From an uncultured Acidobacteriota bacterium (lineage in GTDB: Bacteria; Acidobacteriota; Terriglobia; UBA7540): a stretch of 64,000 nucleotides of DNA. The DNA is taken from contig CAWDSK010000003.1 in NCBI GenBank assembly GCA_963804995.1, forward strand, positions 1,312,001 to 1,376,000, given 5' to 3'. Of the stretch, positions 40,811 through 51,245 are shown in pieces. Each line of letters opens with the position of its first letter. Within the stretch, counting starts at the first letter, position 1. A program made the translations under genes and the position numbers. The notes below the pieces were generated by a model. That model saw only the letters and a program-made list of their open reading frames with translations, was not told where the DNA came from and searched no databases.

Positions 40811-42814
40811 CTAATCCAGTCCCGGCAGTTTCGGCTGCGGTTGTGATCCGGGGTGCGGCGCGCCCGGGCGGTCTTCACCCTTGACGCGGCCACTCCCTTT
40901 CGCTGGACCTCTTTTGGAGGCGGGAGTCGTCACCGCCATTGCGGCCGCCGGGCGGGCCTCAAAAGGCAATAGTTCGTCCGCGATGGCCTCATGTTCGCCC
41001 GCAGGTTGGGACACTGCAGCTTCGCCATCCAGCACGACCTGCGACTCCATTTCGGGCACTTCCACCGCATCAACTTCGTAGACATACGTCAGCTCAAGGT
41101 GGGACGTGGTCGTGGGCCCTGGTTGCGCAGGGACGCCTTCTTCGGGTTGAGAATGGGTGTGTTTCGCCCCGGAGGGCTCGAGGACTTCCCCCTGCCTCTC
41201 CGGCTCGCTTTCGGCTGCCGGGTTCGGAATGGTTTGCACCGCAGCAGCCTTCTCTTCAGGACTTGAAGCCGGCGGCACATTCACTGCAAAGTTCGGAGCA
41301 GGCGCCGAGGGTTCCATATGTTCCTCAGCGGACTTCACCGGTTCCCCCGCAGCCTCGGCGACTACGGATCCGACAAGTGGGACATGAGCCTCAGGGGGGC
41401 GTGGCGGTCCCCCTATAGCTGGTGCGGGAAGTTTCTTCCGCGTGATTGCGCCCGCAGACACTTCCGTGGCGAGCTGCATTACCAGCTCCTTGAAAACCCG
41501 TCCGCGCTGTTCGTAGTCCTTGAACTGATCGAAACTCGAACAAGCTGGGGCCAGCAATACCGTATCGCCGGGCCGCGACCGGACAAAGGCCTCGCGTATG
41601 GCCGTCTCCAAGTCGCCGGCATGCACGAGTTCCACAGAACCCGCAAGCTGCCCGGCGATCACCGGCGCAGCAGCGCCGATCAGCAGCACTTCACGCACGC
41701 GGTCCTTGAGCAGGGGGAGGAGCGGCGTATAAGGCGCGCCCTTATCTTTCCCACCCATAATCAGGTGCACTCCCCGCTCGAAAGCTTCCAGCGACTTCGC
41801 CGTGGCATCGACACTCGTCGCCTTGGAGTTGTTGTAGAAATCCACGCCCTCGATTTCGCGCACGAATTCCAGGCGATGCTCGACAGCCTGGAATTCCCGC
41901 ACAGCCTTGCGAATGGCGCCAAAATCCGCGCCGAGCGCGCAGGCAGCGGCGGTGGCTGCCAAGACGTCTTCCAGATTGAAATCTCCCCGCAGTGCCACGT
42001 CACGTGTTTCGAACAGCACGCGCTCCAGGTGACGCACGCGATAGCAAATCCTGCCCGCAGAAACAAACACGCCGTCCGCCAGTTCGCGCTGGCGGCTGAA
42101 CAGCATCGGCCGCCCGGAAACCGCAGTTTGGAGCGCGGCCACCCAAGGGTCATCGGCGTTCAGGATGGCAACGTCCTGCGCGCCCTGATTGCGAAAAATC
42201 TGACGCTTGGCCTGGGCATAGGCTTCGAAACTTGGATGCCGGTCAAGATGGTTTGGAGAAAGGTTGAGCATTACCGCCACGTGCGGGCGCAGATGTTGAA
42301 TGCCTTCCAGTTGAAAGCTGCTCAACTCCGTGACGAACATGGTTCCGGGACGGGCGTGGTCGGCCGCGGTGCTCAGAGCGTTGCCGATGTTTCCTCCCAC
42401 GAAGGTCGGGAAGCCGGAAGCTCGCAGCATGTCACCGAGAAGCGCGGTGGTGGTGGTCTTGCCGTTCGAACCCGTGATGCCTACGAGCGTTCCTTCCAGG
42501 AACCAGGTCGCTGCTTCCACCTCGGGATAGATTGGAATCTTCTGCTCGCGAGCCGCCTGAAGTTGCGGGAGATCCCAGGGCACACCCGGGCTAATGACAA
42601 TGGCATCGTGGCCCAGGAAGGTTTTCGGGCGCTGCGCTCCGAGCTCCAGCCCAATCTTCTCTTTGACCAGCAGCGGCAGGAGGTCCCGAAACTCCGCCGG
42701 AGGCTTGAGGTCGCTCACCGTCACGGTCGCCCCGTGGCGCGCCAGGGCGATGGCCGCTGCAAAGCCGCTGCGCGCCAACCCCACCACCAACACGCGTTTG
42801 CCACGAACGTCCAT
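40811..42814 (-). CDS. murD: UDP-MurNAc-L-Ala--D-Glu ligase with a long C-terminal low-complexity extension
   Basis: GLARSG, GSNGKTTTT, ELSSFQL, SKATS, LAPACSSFDQF. Confidence 0.96.
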   Translation of the reverse strand: MDVRGKRVLVVGLARSGFAAAIALARHGATVTVSDLKPPAEFRDLLPLLVKEKIGLELGAQRPKTFLGHDAIVISPGVPWDLPQLQAAREQKIPIYPEVEAATWFLEGTLVGITGSNGKTTTTALLGDMLRASGFPTFVGGNIGNALSTAADHARPGTMFVTELSSFQLEGIQHLRPHVAVMLNLSPNHLDRHPSFEAYAQAKRQIFRNQGAQDVAILNADDPWVAALQTAVSGRPMLFSRQRELADGVFVSAGRICYRVRHLERVLFETRDVALRGDFNLEDVLAATAAACALGADFGAIRKAVREFQAVEHRLEFVREIEGVDFYNNSKATSVDATAKSLEAFERGVHLIMGGKDKGAPYTPLLPLLKDRVREVLLIGAAAPVIAGQLAGSVELVHAGDLETAIREAFVRSRPGDTVLLAPACSSFDQFKDYEQRGRVFKELVMQLATEVSAGAITRKKLPAPAIGGPPRPPEAHVPLVGSVVAEAAGEPVKSAEEHMEPSAPAPNFAVNVPPASSPEEKAAAVQTIPNPAAESEPERQGEVLEPSGAKHTHSQPEEGVPAQPGPTTTSHLELTYVYEVDAVEVPEMESQVVLDGEAAVSQPAGEHEAIADELLPFEARPAAAMAVTTPASKRGPAKGSGRVKGEDRPGAPHPGSQPQPKLPGLD

Positions 42815-42816
42815 TT

Positions 42817-42962
42817 TCAGCTTTCAGCTCCCAGCTTTCAGCTATCAGTAGTGCCGGGCGTTAGCCCGGCAGACCTCAAGCAGATACCGCTTTCAACAAT
42901 CAGCCCCAAGCGACGGGCACTTTAGCTGTAAGCTGATAGCTGATAGCTGATAGCTGACAGCT
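42817..42962. repeat. Inverted pair of heptamer tandem arrays, (TCAGCTW)n and (AGCTGAT)n
   Basis: Seen at 42817-42848 and 42924-42962 between mraY and murD. Confidence 0.85.
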
Positions 42963-42971
42963 ACTATAACC

Positions 42972-44102
42972 CTACCTCAACTTCAATGTCGTCAGAGCAA
43001 AAAGGGCGAAGATCAGCGCGGCAATCCAAAAGCGCGCAATGATCTTCGATTCCTTCCAACCGCTCAATTCAAAGTGATGATGCAGCGGCGCCATGCGGAA
43101 AATGCGTTTGCCCCGCAATCTAAACGACCCCACTTGCAAGATGACGGAAAGTGCTTCCACAACAAAAATTCCCCCAATGAAAGGGAGCAACAATTCCTGC
43201 TTGATCAGCACTGCGACGGTTCCCATGGCGCCCCCTAGCGCGAGCGAGCCCACGTCACCCATGAAAATCTCCGCCGGGTAAGCGTTGTACCAGAGAAAGC
43301 CCAGGCTCGCGCCCACCATGGAACCACAGAAAATGGTCAATTCACCCACGCGAGGCAGGTGCTCCACATCGAGGTAGCCGGAAAAGACGGAGTGGCCGGC
43401 GACGTAGGTCAGCACCGTCAAGGCCCCGGCGGAAATCACCAGGCACCCGATTGCCAATCCGTCCAGGCCATCCGTCAGATTGACGGCGTTCGAAGACCCC
43501 ACCAGGACCAGCACAACGAAAAGCAAGAATGGGAGAAACGCCAGGGGGTAGGTCCAGACGTTTTTCAAAAAGAGCGAAATGAGAAATGTGGGGTGGAAGC
43601 GTTTGAAGAAAGGAAAGGTCAGGGTGGTGGAGTACAGCCCTCGCGCCGACAAGAAGACCAGTATGACCCCGAAGAGGAAGCTGACCAGAATCTGAAGCAG
43701 GAATTTTCCCCGCGCGCTCAGGCCCAGGTTCTGCCGGCGCTGGATCTTCTGGTAATCGTCCCAGAAACCAATGCTGCCAAACGCCAGGGTTGTTCCCAGG
43801 GTGAGCCAAACGAAGATATTGCTGAGATCTGACCACAGTAGGGTGGGAACGAGTATGCAAAGAATAATGAGGACACCACCCATAGTGGGCGTGCCCGCCT
43901 TGGATTGATGGGCCTGTGGCCCATCGGCGCGGATGTACTGGCCAATCTGGAATTCCTTGAGCTTCCGCACCAGCCACGGCCCCAGGACGAGCGAGAGGAG
44001 CAGCGCCGTCAGGCTGGCGTATGCCGTGCGAAAGGTGATGTACCGAAGCAGATTCAGGACATGAAATTCGGGATAGAATTTGAGGTAGAGATAATAGAGC
44101 AT
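42972..44102 (-). CDS. mraY: Phospho-N-acetylmuramoyl-pentapeptide transferase
   Basis: KAGTPTMGG, NAVNLTDGLDGLA, FMGDVGSL, MAPLHHHFE. Confidence 0.98.
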   Translation of the reverse strand: MLYYLYLKFYPEFHVLNLLRYITFRTAYASLTALLLSLVLGPWLVRKLKEFQIGQYIRADGPQAHQSKAGTPTMGGVLIILCILVPTLLWSDLSNIFVWLTLGTTLAFGSIGFWDDYQKIQRRQNLGLSARGKFLLQILVSFLFGVILVFLSARGLYSTTLTFPFFKRFHPTFLISLFLKNVWTYPLAFLPFLLFVVLVLVGSSNAVNLTDGLDGLAIGCLVISAGALTVLTYVAGHSVFSGYLDVEHLPRVGELTIFCGSMVGASLGFLWYNAYPAEIFMGDVGSLALGGAMGTVAVLIKQELLLPFIGGIFVVEALSVILQVGSFRLRGKRIFRMAPLHHHFELSGWKESKIIARFWIAALIFALFALTTLKLR

Positions 44103-44106
44103 GGGG

Positions 44107-45552
44107 TTATACCAAGGGGGTAGGCTCCCGACCGGACCGCGGCGCAGTCCCAGGATTTACCAACGCGCCTCGCAGCAATTCAATCGCCGTTTCCAAGTGA
44201 ACTCCACGAGAACCCTTCACCAAGACCACATCGCCAGGTGAGAGGAGGGTAAGGCAGAAATCACCGGCCTCCTTGGGGTGAGGAAAGAACCGCAGATGGT
44301 CCTTGGCGATCCCCCCCTCCGCGGCGCCCTCCAGAAAGAACCTCGCATCTCCCTGCACGGCAATCAGCCAGGACACACCGCTCTGGGCGCATTTGCGGCC
44401 AACGGCTCGATGCAGTTCCGGCGAGGTTTGTCCCAGCTCCAACATCTCACCCGCCACCACAAGCCGGCGCCGCGCCCCCGGCCACGTGGCCAGCGCCTCA
44501 AGCATGCGTTCCATGGCGAGTGGGTTTGAGTTATAGCAATCGTTGATCACCGTGATCTCGCCGGGCAGTGTAAGAATTTCACTCCGTTGATGTAAATTCT
44601 GAAACTCCGCGAGGCCCCGGCGAATCTCCTCTGGGGGAATCGCGCAGAGCGTTGCCACGGCCGTCGCCGCCAGGGCATTCTGGATATTATGCCGGCCGGG
44701 CAGAGGCAGCGTGCATTCTCCCTCCCAGTCCGGGGTATGGACCTGAAAGGAGCTTCCGCCGCCCACGCCCCCCCTGACTTGATCGGCACGAAAAGACGCT
44801 TTCTCGGAAAAGCCAAATGTCACCACGCGGCCGGGAAAACCTTCCGCGAACCTTCGCACGCGTTCATCGTCTTCGTTCAGGACGGCCACTCCCCGCTCGC
44901 CCCTGGTCGCGAGGTAATCGATCAACTCGCGTTTGGCGAGGGCAATCGAATCCACGGAATCAAAGAACTGTAGGTGCACCGGAGCAACATTCGTCACCAC
45001 CCCGACGTCAGGCTCCGCCAGGCGCGAAAGGCGGGCAATCTCTCCAAGGGCGGACATCCCCAACTCCATTACTGCTACCTCGTGCTCAACCTCCAGGGCC
45101 AGTAACGCCAGAGGCAGGCCATAATCGTTGTTCAAATTGCCCGGCGAGCGCAGCACGCGCAGCCGCCGGCCGAGGAGCGCAGCGATCATCTCCTTGGTTG
45201 TACTTTTTCCAGCGCTGCCCGTGACAGCGATAAGCCGCTTTCCCCACTGGCGGCGAACCTCACGCCCCAGAGTTTGCAGCGCGCCGAGTGTGTCAGCGAC
45301 CGCAAGCAGCGCAGGGCGCCATTCCTCCGGAGCCGCAGCGGCAAATGACCGCTCGACCACCGCACCGGCGGCGCCACTTTCCAAAACGTGCCTGACAAAC
45401 TGGTGGCCATCAAAGCGTGGCCCTCGAAGGGCAAAGAAGAGCTGGCCGGATTGAATCGAGCGAGAGTCAATCGAGTAGCCGGAGACGCAGCGGTGAGGCA
45501 CGGCACTTGTGGTGCCTAGTCGCGCCGCAACGTCACCCATCGTCCATTTCAT
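44107..45552 (-). CDS. murF: UDP-MurNAc-tripeptide--D-Ala-D-Ala ligase
   Basis: IDSR, GSAGKSTTKE, DCYNSNP, GEMLELG, VKGSRG. Confidence 0.96.
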   Translation of the reverse strand: MKWTMGDVAARLGTTSAVPHRCVSGYSIDSRSIQSGQLFFALRGPRFDGHQFVRHVLESGAAGAVVERSFAAAAPEEWRPALLAVADTLGALQTLGREVRRQWGKRLIAVTGSAGKSTTKEMIAALLGRRLRVLRSPGNLNNDYGLPLALLALEVEHEVAVMELGMSALGEIARLSRLAEPDVGVVTNVAPVHLQFFDSVDSIALAKRELIDYLATRGERGVAVLNEDDERVRRFAEGFPGRVVTFGFSEKASFRADQVRGGVGGGSSFQVHTPDWEGECTLPLPGRHNIQNALAATAVATLCAIPPEEIRRGLAEFQNLHQRSEILTLPGEITVINDCYNSNPLAMERMLEALATWPGARRRLVVAGEMLELGQTSPELHRAVGRKCAQSGVSWLIAVQGDARFFLEGAAEGGIAKDHLRFFPHPKEAGDFCLTLLSPGDVVLVKGSRGVHLETAIELLRGALVNPGTAPRSGREPTPLV

Positions 45553-45653
45553 GGCCGACTTGTTGATGGTCGATTTCGATTGTCGATTGACGATTGAATT
45601 AAGGGAAGCTCTCAGTCTCCAGTAAGGGCGATCCTTAATCGACAATCGTCAAT

Positions 45654-47126
45654 CTACTTCCCGTACCCCATCTCCCGCAGGACTTGGCGCGCAACTTCCC
45701 GGTCGTCAAAATCGATCTTTCCATCTCTAAGAATTTGATACGTCTCGTGCCCCTTGCCGGCCAGAACCACCACGTCACCCCCGCGGGCTTCTGCCAAAGC
45801 TCTACGGATGGCAATTCCGCGGTCAACTTCCGCAAGGTACGGTTTACCCGTCCGCTGTAATCCCACCAGGGCGTCAGCCAAAATAAGCAAGGGGTCTTCA
45901 CTGCGAGGATTATCGGAGGTAAGCACTACGAAATCCGCCAGCGAACCTGCGGCCTCACCCATGCGGGGGCGCTTGGTGCGGTCGCGCTCGCCGCCACACC
46001 CGAACAGAACAATCAGGCGATGGGAGGTCAAATGGCGGGCCGTCCTGAGAACGTTTTTCAGAGCGTCATCGGTGTGCGCGTAATCCACTACGACCAGAAA
46101 GGGCTGACCCTCGTCGATGCGCTCAAAGCGCCCCGGGACCGCTTTCAGATTGGCGATTCCCTCCTCAATTTTGGCGCTCGAAATCCCCATAGCCACCCCC
46201 GTAGAAACCGCTGCCAGAATATTGGCCAGATTCGCCTGTCCGACCAGTGGAGAGGTGATTCGTAGTTCCCCCCTGGGCGTCACGATGGTTGCTTCTGTTC
46301 CCTGCAGAGTTGACGCGGATTGCCTGGGCATCACTTGCGCGTTGCTATTCAAACCGTAGGTCAAGAGGTTCGGATACGGCAGTTCCAGGAGCCGCACGCC
46401 CCAAGGATCGTCAAGGTTGATGACGGCCCAGTCCGGGGGTGAAGATCCCAACCCCTCGAAGAGGCGCCGCTTGGCCTCGAAGTAATGCTCGAAATCCTTG
46501 TGGTAGTCCAGATGGTCCTGCGTCAGATTGGTGAAAACCGCCACCGCAAAGTGAAACCCCCAGACGCGCTCTTGCGCAAGCGCGTGCGACGATACTTCCA
46601 TGACCGCGGCCTTGCCACCCGCCTTCACGAGCTCGGCAAAGTAGGAAACCAAATCGAGAGATTCCGGCGTGGTATTTGTTGCGGTTTTGATTTTGCCGCC
46701 CATGCGGTATTCAATCGTGCCGAAGACACCACAGGGAACACCCGCCGCTTCCAGAACGCTCTCCACCAGATAGGTAATAGTGGTTTTGCCGTTGGTCCCC
46801 GTAATTCCAATGAGCTTGAGCTGCTCTTCCGGGTGACCGAAAAGGGTGCGGCTGGCGGCTGCCAGGGCACGGCGCACGGCCGAGACCTGAATCCAACGCG
46901 TGGCAAGCTCAGCCGGGGCGGCACGCTCGCTCACCACCGCCACAGCGCCCCGCTCCAGAGCATGTGGAATGTACAGGTGACCGTCGGCCTTTTCACCCTG
47001 AATAGCAAAGAAGAGCGTGCCCGGGCGGACTTCGTTGGAGTTGTAAGCGAGAGAAGAAACCTCCACCGTCGCGTCTGCACCCGTGTGCAGAACCGGCAAA
47101 TCGCCGAGTAATTCGCCAAGCTTCAT
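45654..47126 (-). CDS. murE: UDP-MurNAc-dipeptide--meso-DAP ligase
   Basis: GTNGKTT, MEVSSHAL, DYAHT, DNPR (DAP specificity), AGKGHE. Confidence 0.98.
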   Translation of the reverse strand: MKLGELLGDLPVLHTGADATVEVSSLAYNSNEVRPGTLFFAIQGEKADGHLYIPHALERGAVAVVSERAAPAELATRWIQVSAVRRALAAASRTLFGHPEEQLKLIGITGTNGKTTITYLVESVLEAAGVPCGVFGTIEYRMGGKIKTATNTTPESLDLVSYFAELVKAGGKAAVMEVSSHALAQERVWGFHFAVAVFTNLTQDHLDYHKDFEHYFEAKRRLFEGLGSSPPDWAVINLDDPWGVRLLELPYPNLLTYGLNSNAQVMPRQSASTLQGTEATIVTPRGELRITSPLVGQANLANILAAVSTGVAMGISSAKIEEGIANLKAVPGRFERIDEGQPFLVVVDYAHTDDALKNVLRTARHLTSHRLIVLFGCGGERDRTKRPRMGEAAGSLADFVVLTSDNPRSEDPLLILADALVGLQRTGKPYLAEVDRGIAIRRALAEARGGDVVVLAGKGHETYQILRDGKIDFDDREVARQVLREMGYGK

Positions 47127-47164
47127 TTCCCTCTCGCTTCAAATCACCATCAAAAATTCTTCTT

Positions 47165-47370
47165 CCCTCGCCCCCTTGGGGGAGAGGGGGGACCGCAAGG
47201 CGGAGGGGGCCCCACGTTCTGCTTGTTGTGGGGGTGAGGGGGTCAGCACTCACATGAATGCATTGCGTCAAATTTGTAGAGGGTGTGACGGTTTTGACCC
47301 CCTCACCCGTCTCGCCCCGGCTGGTGAAAGCGCCGGTTGCGAGCCACCCTCTCCCCCAAGGGGGCGAGGG
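47165..47370. repeat. Family C palindromic repeat, inverted pair between ftsI and murE
   Basis: CCCTCGCCCCCTTGGGGGAGAGGG ... CCCTCTCCCCCAAGGGGGCGAGGG. Confidence 0.8.
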
Positions 47371-47504
47371 AAATAACTTCAAAAAAACGCTCTCATCTCC
47401 AAGGTGCTGTTAACCGGCACCTCTTGCCTGTCCGTCCAGCGCTAGCATTCTGCCGCGATCCTGTTGCCGATAGCCACTCCTCCAGTCCAATCGACAATCG
47501 GCAA

Positions 47505-49607
47505 TTACCTTGCCATGCGCACCCAAACGCGCGTGCCGGAAGGCACCTTGATACCCGCCACGGGATTCTGCTCCACGGCCAGCCCCGTTCCGGCCATATT
47601 GAGATCCAGTCCTAACTTTTCACACTCTTCCGCCACGCGGCGCGCGGCCCAGCCGGAAAAATCCGGGACGGACACGAGAGGGCCATCACCCAGAATCACC
47701 GTGCTGGATGCAACCTCATCTTGTGGGGCGCGGCCCAAATCAAGACTTTCAGGTGAAAGCCCCTTTGAGTAGGATGCGGTTTGCACGGGTGATGTGGCAA
47801 CTCCGGGTAGTCCTCGATCCGAAGGAAGGAACCCCGCGAAGTCTCCGCGCTTCTGGGCGGGAGGCCTTGCAGGTAATGCGGATACTACTTGAGGCCACCG
47901 GGAGGGATTGTCTTGCGGGACATTTAAATAACCCAAAGTCTGCTCTGCGATGGATCGGAACACCGGAGCTGCCACGTCGGTCCCGTGATGTGCTCCCACC
48001 GGAGTATCAATGACCACCAGAATAGTCACCGCCGGCCGTGTAACGGGAGCAAAGCCTATAAAGGAAGCTACGTAGTGCGATTTTGAGTACGCGCCGCTGG
48101 CGTCAATCTTTTGTGCAGTGCCGGTTTTACCGGCCGACGAGTATCCTGCCAATTGTGCGGGCTTGCCGGTGCCGTGATCGACGACCGCCGCAAAGATCTG
48201 CCGCATCATCTCAGCCGTGTGCTCGGTAATCACCCGATGACCGGAAGCCGCGGGCAGGGGTTCGTGGTGCGCCCCGAGAAAAACATCGCGCACCACGCGG
48301 GGTTCAAACAGGATTCCGCCATTTGCGACGGTGGAGAATGCCGTGATCATCTGCACAGGCGTCACGCCGATTTCCTGCCCCATGGAGATTTCCCCGATGG
48401 ATATCCCGGACCATCGGCTGGGCGGCTTGAGCAGCCCGCGCTCTTCACCCGGCAATTCAATATCGGTCTTCGCCCCGAAGCCGAAACTGCGTATATAGCG
48501 ATAGAGGCGATCATCGCCGAGCCGCAAGCCCAGTTTGATGGCGCCCACGTCACTCGAGTTGGCAATCACGTCGGTCACGCTGAGGTCGCCAAAGGGCTTA
48601 TGGTCGTGAATGGTGTGGCCCGCCAGCACAATGCTGCCGTTTTGACAGTTGATAACTTCCTGGGGATTAGCCAGGTTTTCTTCGAGCGCGGCAGACGCGG
48701 CGACCAGCTTGAAGGTCGAGCCCGGCTCATAAACCCAGCTCACTCCGCGATCCTCACGGGCGCTGGCTGAACTGGCCCCAAAGTCGTTGGGATTGAAGGT
48801 GGGCTGGTTGGCGAGCGCCAGAATCTCGCCCGTGTTGGGGTTCTGGACGATGGCCACGCCCCCGACGGCCTGAGTAAGTTCAACCGCCTGCGCCAAAGCC
48901 TTCTCCGCGATGTACTGAATCTTCTCGTCGAGCGTCAGCACCAGGTTTTTGCCCGGCGCCCCCGCCCATTCGGTGCTGTGGAAGGTGCGGCGGCGCGCGT
49001 CTGAGGCCAAGAGGACCCGCCCCGGCCTGCCCTTGACTTCATCCTCGCGCGCGTACTCCATCCCGCTCAGACCCTTGTCATCCAGACCGACGTACCCAAT
49101 GACCTGGGCGCCCAATTCTCCTTTGGGATAGAAACGTTTGGGCTCGCGCTGGAAGTAGACGCCTTTCAGGTTCAGGTCACGCACCCGGGCGGCTTCCGCC
49201 GCGCTGACCTTGCGCTTGACCCAGCAGAAGGAGTGCAAGGCCTGGAACCGGCCCAGCAGGTCATTCGCATCCAGGCCCAGCACCGGCGCGAGGAGTGTCG
49301 CCACCATCTTGGGATCCGCAAGCTCACTGGGCACAGCGTAGACCGAGTCCACCCCCAGGCTCATGGCCAGGGGATTCATCTGGCGGTCATAGATGTCTCC
49401 GCGCTGGGGAGCAACCTCGATGGTCCGTTGCTGCTGACGCTGGGCCCGCGCCAGCAAATCCACGTATTGAATAACCTGGAAGTAGTAGAGGCGGGCGGCA
49501 ATGCAGGAAAACCACAGGAGGCAGATTACGCCCACGATCAGTCGCCGCCTCTCCAGGCGAGACCGATCGGGCTTCGCCGCACGAGATTCCGGCTTGCGTC
49601 GGCTCAT
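47505..49607 (-). CDS. ftsI: Class B penicillin-binding protein FtsI with C-terminal PASTA domain
   Basis: EPGSTFK (SxxK), SSD, KTGTAQK; VPDFSG PASTA-like tail; dcw position. Confidence 0.95.
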   Translation of the reverse strand: MSRRKPESRAAKPDRSRLERRRLIVGVICLLWFSCIAARLYYFQVIQYVDLLARAQRQQQRTIEVAPQRGDIYDRQMNPLAMSLGVDSVYAVPSELADPKMVATLLAPVLGLDANDLLGRFQALHSFCWVKRKVSAAEAARVRDLNLKGVYFQREPKRFYPKGELGAQVIGYVGLDDKGLSGMEYAREDEVKGRPGRVLLASDARRRTFHSTEWAGAPGKNLVLTLDEKIQYIAEKALAQAVELTQAVGGVAIVQNPNTGEILALANQPTFNPNDFGASSASAREDRGVSWVYEPGSTFKLVAASAALEENLANPQEVINCQNGSIVLAGHTIHDHKPFGDLSVTDVIANSSDVGAIKLGLRLGDDRLYRYIRSFGFGAKTDIELPGEERGLLKPPSRWSGISIGEISMGQEIGVTPVQMITAFSTVANGGILFEPRVVRDVFLGAHHEPLPAASGHRVITEHTAEMMRQIFAAVVDHGTGKPAQLAGYSSAGKTGTAQKIDASGAYSKSHYVASFIGFAPVTRPAVTILVVIDTPVGAHHGTDVAAPVFRSIAEQTLGYLNVPQDNPSRWPQVVSALPARPPAQKRGDFAGFLPSDRGLPGVATSPVQTASYSKGLSPESLDLGRAPQDEVASSTVILGDGPLVSVPDFSGWAARRVAEECEKLGLDLNMAGTGLAVEQNPVAGIKVPSGTRVWVRMAR

Positions 49608-49612
49608 CGGAG

Positions 49613-50107
49613 CTATGGCTCGTGTCGAGTTTCCCCACCCACTGCGGAGAAGTTGCGCGCGAGCTCCGGGCTTTCCGAGGAGGCCGCGGCCGGCTCGGGC
49701 TCACCCACGTGAATCACTTGCTGCGGGCTGGGCGAGACCATCCCGAGCTGGGTTCTCGCCAGCGTGTCGATCCTTTCAGGATCGGCCAGCGATGCCTGCT
49801 CGAGCCGAAGCTGGTGATTCCACTCTTCCAGCGCCGTGCGTTCGTGCTTGAATTGCTCGATCTGATAACCGTACCGCACGCACTGGAAATGCTGCCATGC
49901 GAACAGCAGCACAAATAGAAAAACCACAATGCCCAATCCGAGGAGACTGAAACATTCACGGCGACGCTCCACGTCAACTTCCCGCACCAAGCGGGAATTA
50001 TCGATGTGCTTCACAAAGTAGAATTCCGGGAAACTCGCCCGGCCCGCGGCCGGAACGTTTCTCGGACGCCGTCTGGTTCTCGGTAATGTGACTGCTGCTG
50101 TGGCCAT
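49613..50107 (-). CDS. ftsL: Cell division protein FtsL
   Basis: TM plus coiled coil, LADPERIDTLARTQLGM; between rsmH and ftsI. Confidence 0.88.
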   Translation of the reverse strand: MATAAVTLPRTRRRPRNVPAAGRASFPEFYFVKHIDNSRLVREVDVERRRECFSLLGLGIVVFLFVLLFAWQHFQCVRYGYQIEQFKHERTALEEWNHQLRLEQASLADPERIDTLARTQLGMVSPSPQQVIHVGEPEPAAASSESPELARNFSAVGGETRHEP

Positions 50108-50164
50108 CTAAGCACCGGGATACGGGGTTGGGGTAAAACAGCCCTGCTCTCTGTTCCCTGTTCC

Positions 50165-51040
50165 CTATTCCCTGCTCTTCTCAGCCGCCCGTAATTTGGC
50201 ACTGCGCGCGCGTGGATTAAGCCGCACTTCCTCTTCCGTGGGGCGAACCACTTTGCGCGTCAGGATGCGGGCGCTGCCTTCCCGCTGCCAACGCTGGAAG
50301 GTGTGCTTTACAATCCGGTCTTCCAGCGAGTGGAAACTCAGGATCACGATGCGCCCTCCGGGCCGGAGGACACCCAGGACCCTGGCGAGAAACTGCTCGA
50401 GGTTTTCGAGCTCACGATTGATAGCCAGCCGCAGCGCCATGAACGTCCGCGTGGCTGGATGAATTTGGTGGAGGCCCGCCCGGGAGGGGATCGCTCGCGT
50501 CACCACCTGCGCCAGTTCGGTGGTTAATCGATACGGACGGGCCTTCACAATGGCTCGCGCAATCCGGCGCGAGTGGCGCTCTTCCCCCAACTTGTAGATA
50601 ACGTCTGCCAGGTCCCGCTCCCGAGCGCGGTTCGCAAGGTCGGCCGCGGTTTCCTCGGAGCTGGGATCCATTCGCATATCGAGAGGACCCGGCAAATTGA
50701 AGCTGAATCCGCGCGAAGCATCGTCAAGCTGCAGCGAGCTTAAACCGAGGTCGGCCAGGACGCCGTCCGCCGGCGGCAAACCCGTCGAGGCATGCAAGGT
50801 ATCGATATCGGCAAAGTTCCCGTGTAGCATCGTCAGCTTCTCGCCAAAACCCGCCAGCCTTTCGCCGGCTACTTCAAGCGCCTGGGGGTCGCGGTCGAGG
50901 CCCAGCAGCCTGCCGCTCCCTAAGCGCTTTAGGATCTCTTCCGCGTGTCCGCCGGCCCCCAGTGTCGCGTCGATGTAAATTCCCTCGGGCCGGACATTCA
51001 AAAACTCGATGGCCTCGTGAAGCAGAACCGGGAGATGCAT
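50165..51040 (-). CDS. rsmH: 16S rRNA m4C1402 methyltransferase
   Basis: HLPVLL, DATLGAGGH, DLGLSS.QLD, FHSLEDR, NPRARSAKLR. Confidence 0.98.
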   Translation of the reverse strand: MHLPVLLHEAIEFLNVRPEGIYIDATLGAGGHAEEILKRLGSGRLLGLDRDPQALEVAGERLAGFGEKLTMLHGNFADIDTLHASTGLPPADGVLADLGLSSLQLDDASRGFSFNLPGPLDMRMDPSSEETAADLANRARERDLADVIYKLGEERHSRRIARAIVKARPYRLTTELAQVVTRAIPSRAGLHQIHPATRTFMALRLAINRELENLEQFLARVLGVLRPGGRIVILSFHSLEDRIVKHTFQRWQREGSARILTRKVVRPTEEEVRLNPRARSAKLRAAEKSRE

Positions 51041-51041
51041 G

Positions 51042-51245
51042 TCATCCCAGCAGCCCCTCGGGGCGGGGTACACACCATTCTTCCTGCGGGCCGCCGTGGA
51101 GCAACCTCTCGAAATCGGGCAGCAGATCGATCTCCTCCGCCCCTTCCAGAGCCAGACCGGTCACCGACACGCGCACTCCGGGCCAACGCCCAGAATCTTG
51201 CCCATCAACCGCCTGCCCCCTGCCGACTTGCTCCGTTGCTCCCAT
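51042..51245 (-). CDS. Small hypothetical protein (67 aa) between mraZ and rsmH
   Basis: GGGGAG RBS 5 nt before the ATG; stop 1 nt before the rsmH ATG. Confidence 0.4.
   Translation of the reverse strand: MGATEQVGRGQAVDGQDSGRWPGVRVSVTGLALEGAEEIDLLPDFERLLHGGPQEEWCVPRPEGLLG

Noticed and set aside
41318..42925. 535-aa + strand ORF (and similar long antisense ORFs over ftsZ, murC and SPFH)
   Set aside because: Antisense shadows of well-supported genes.
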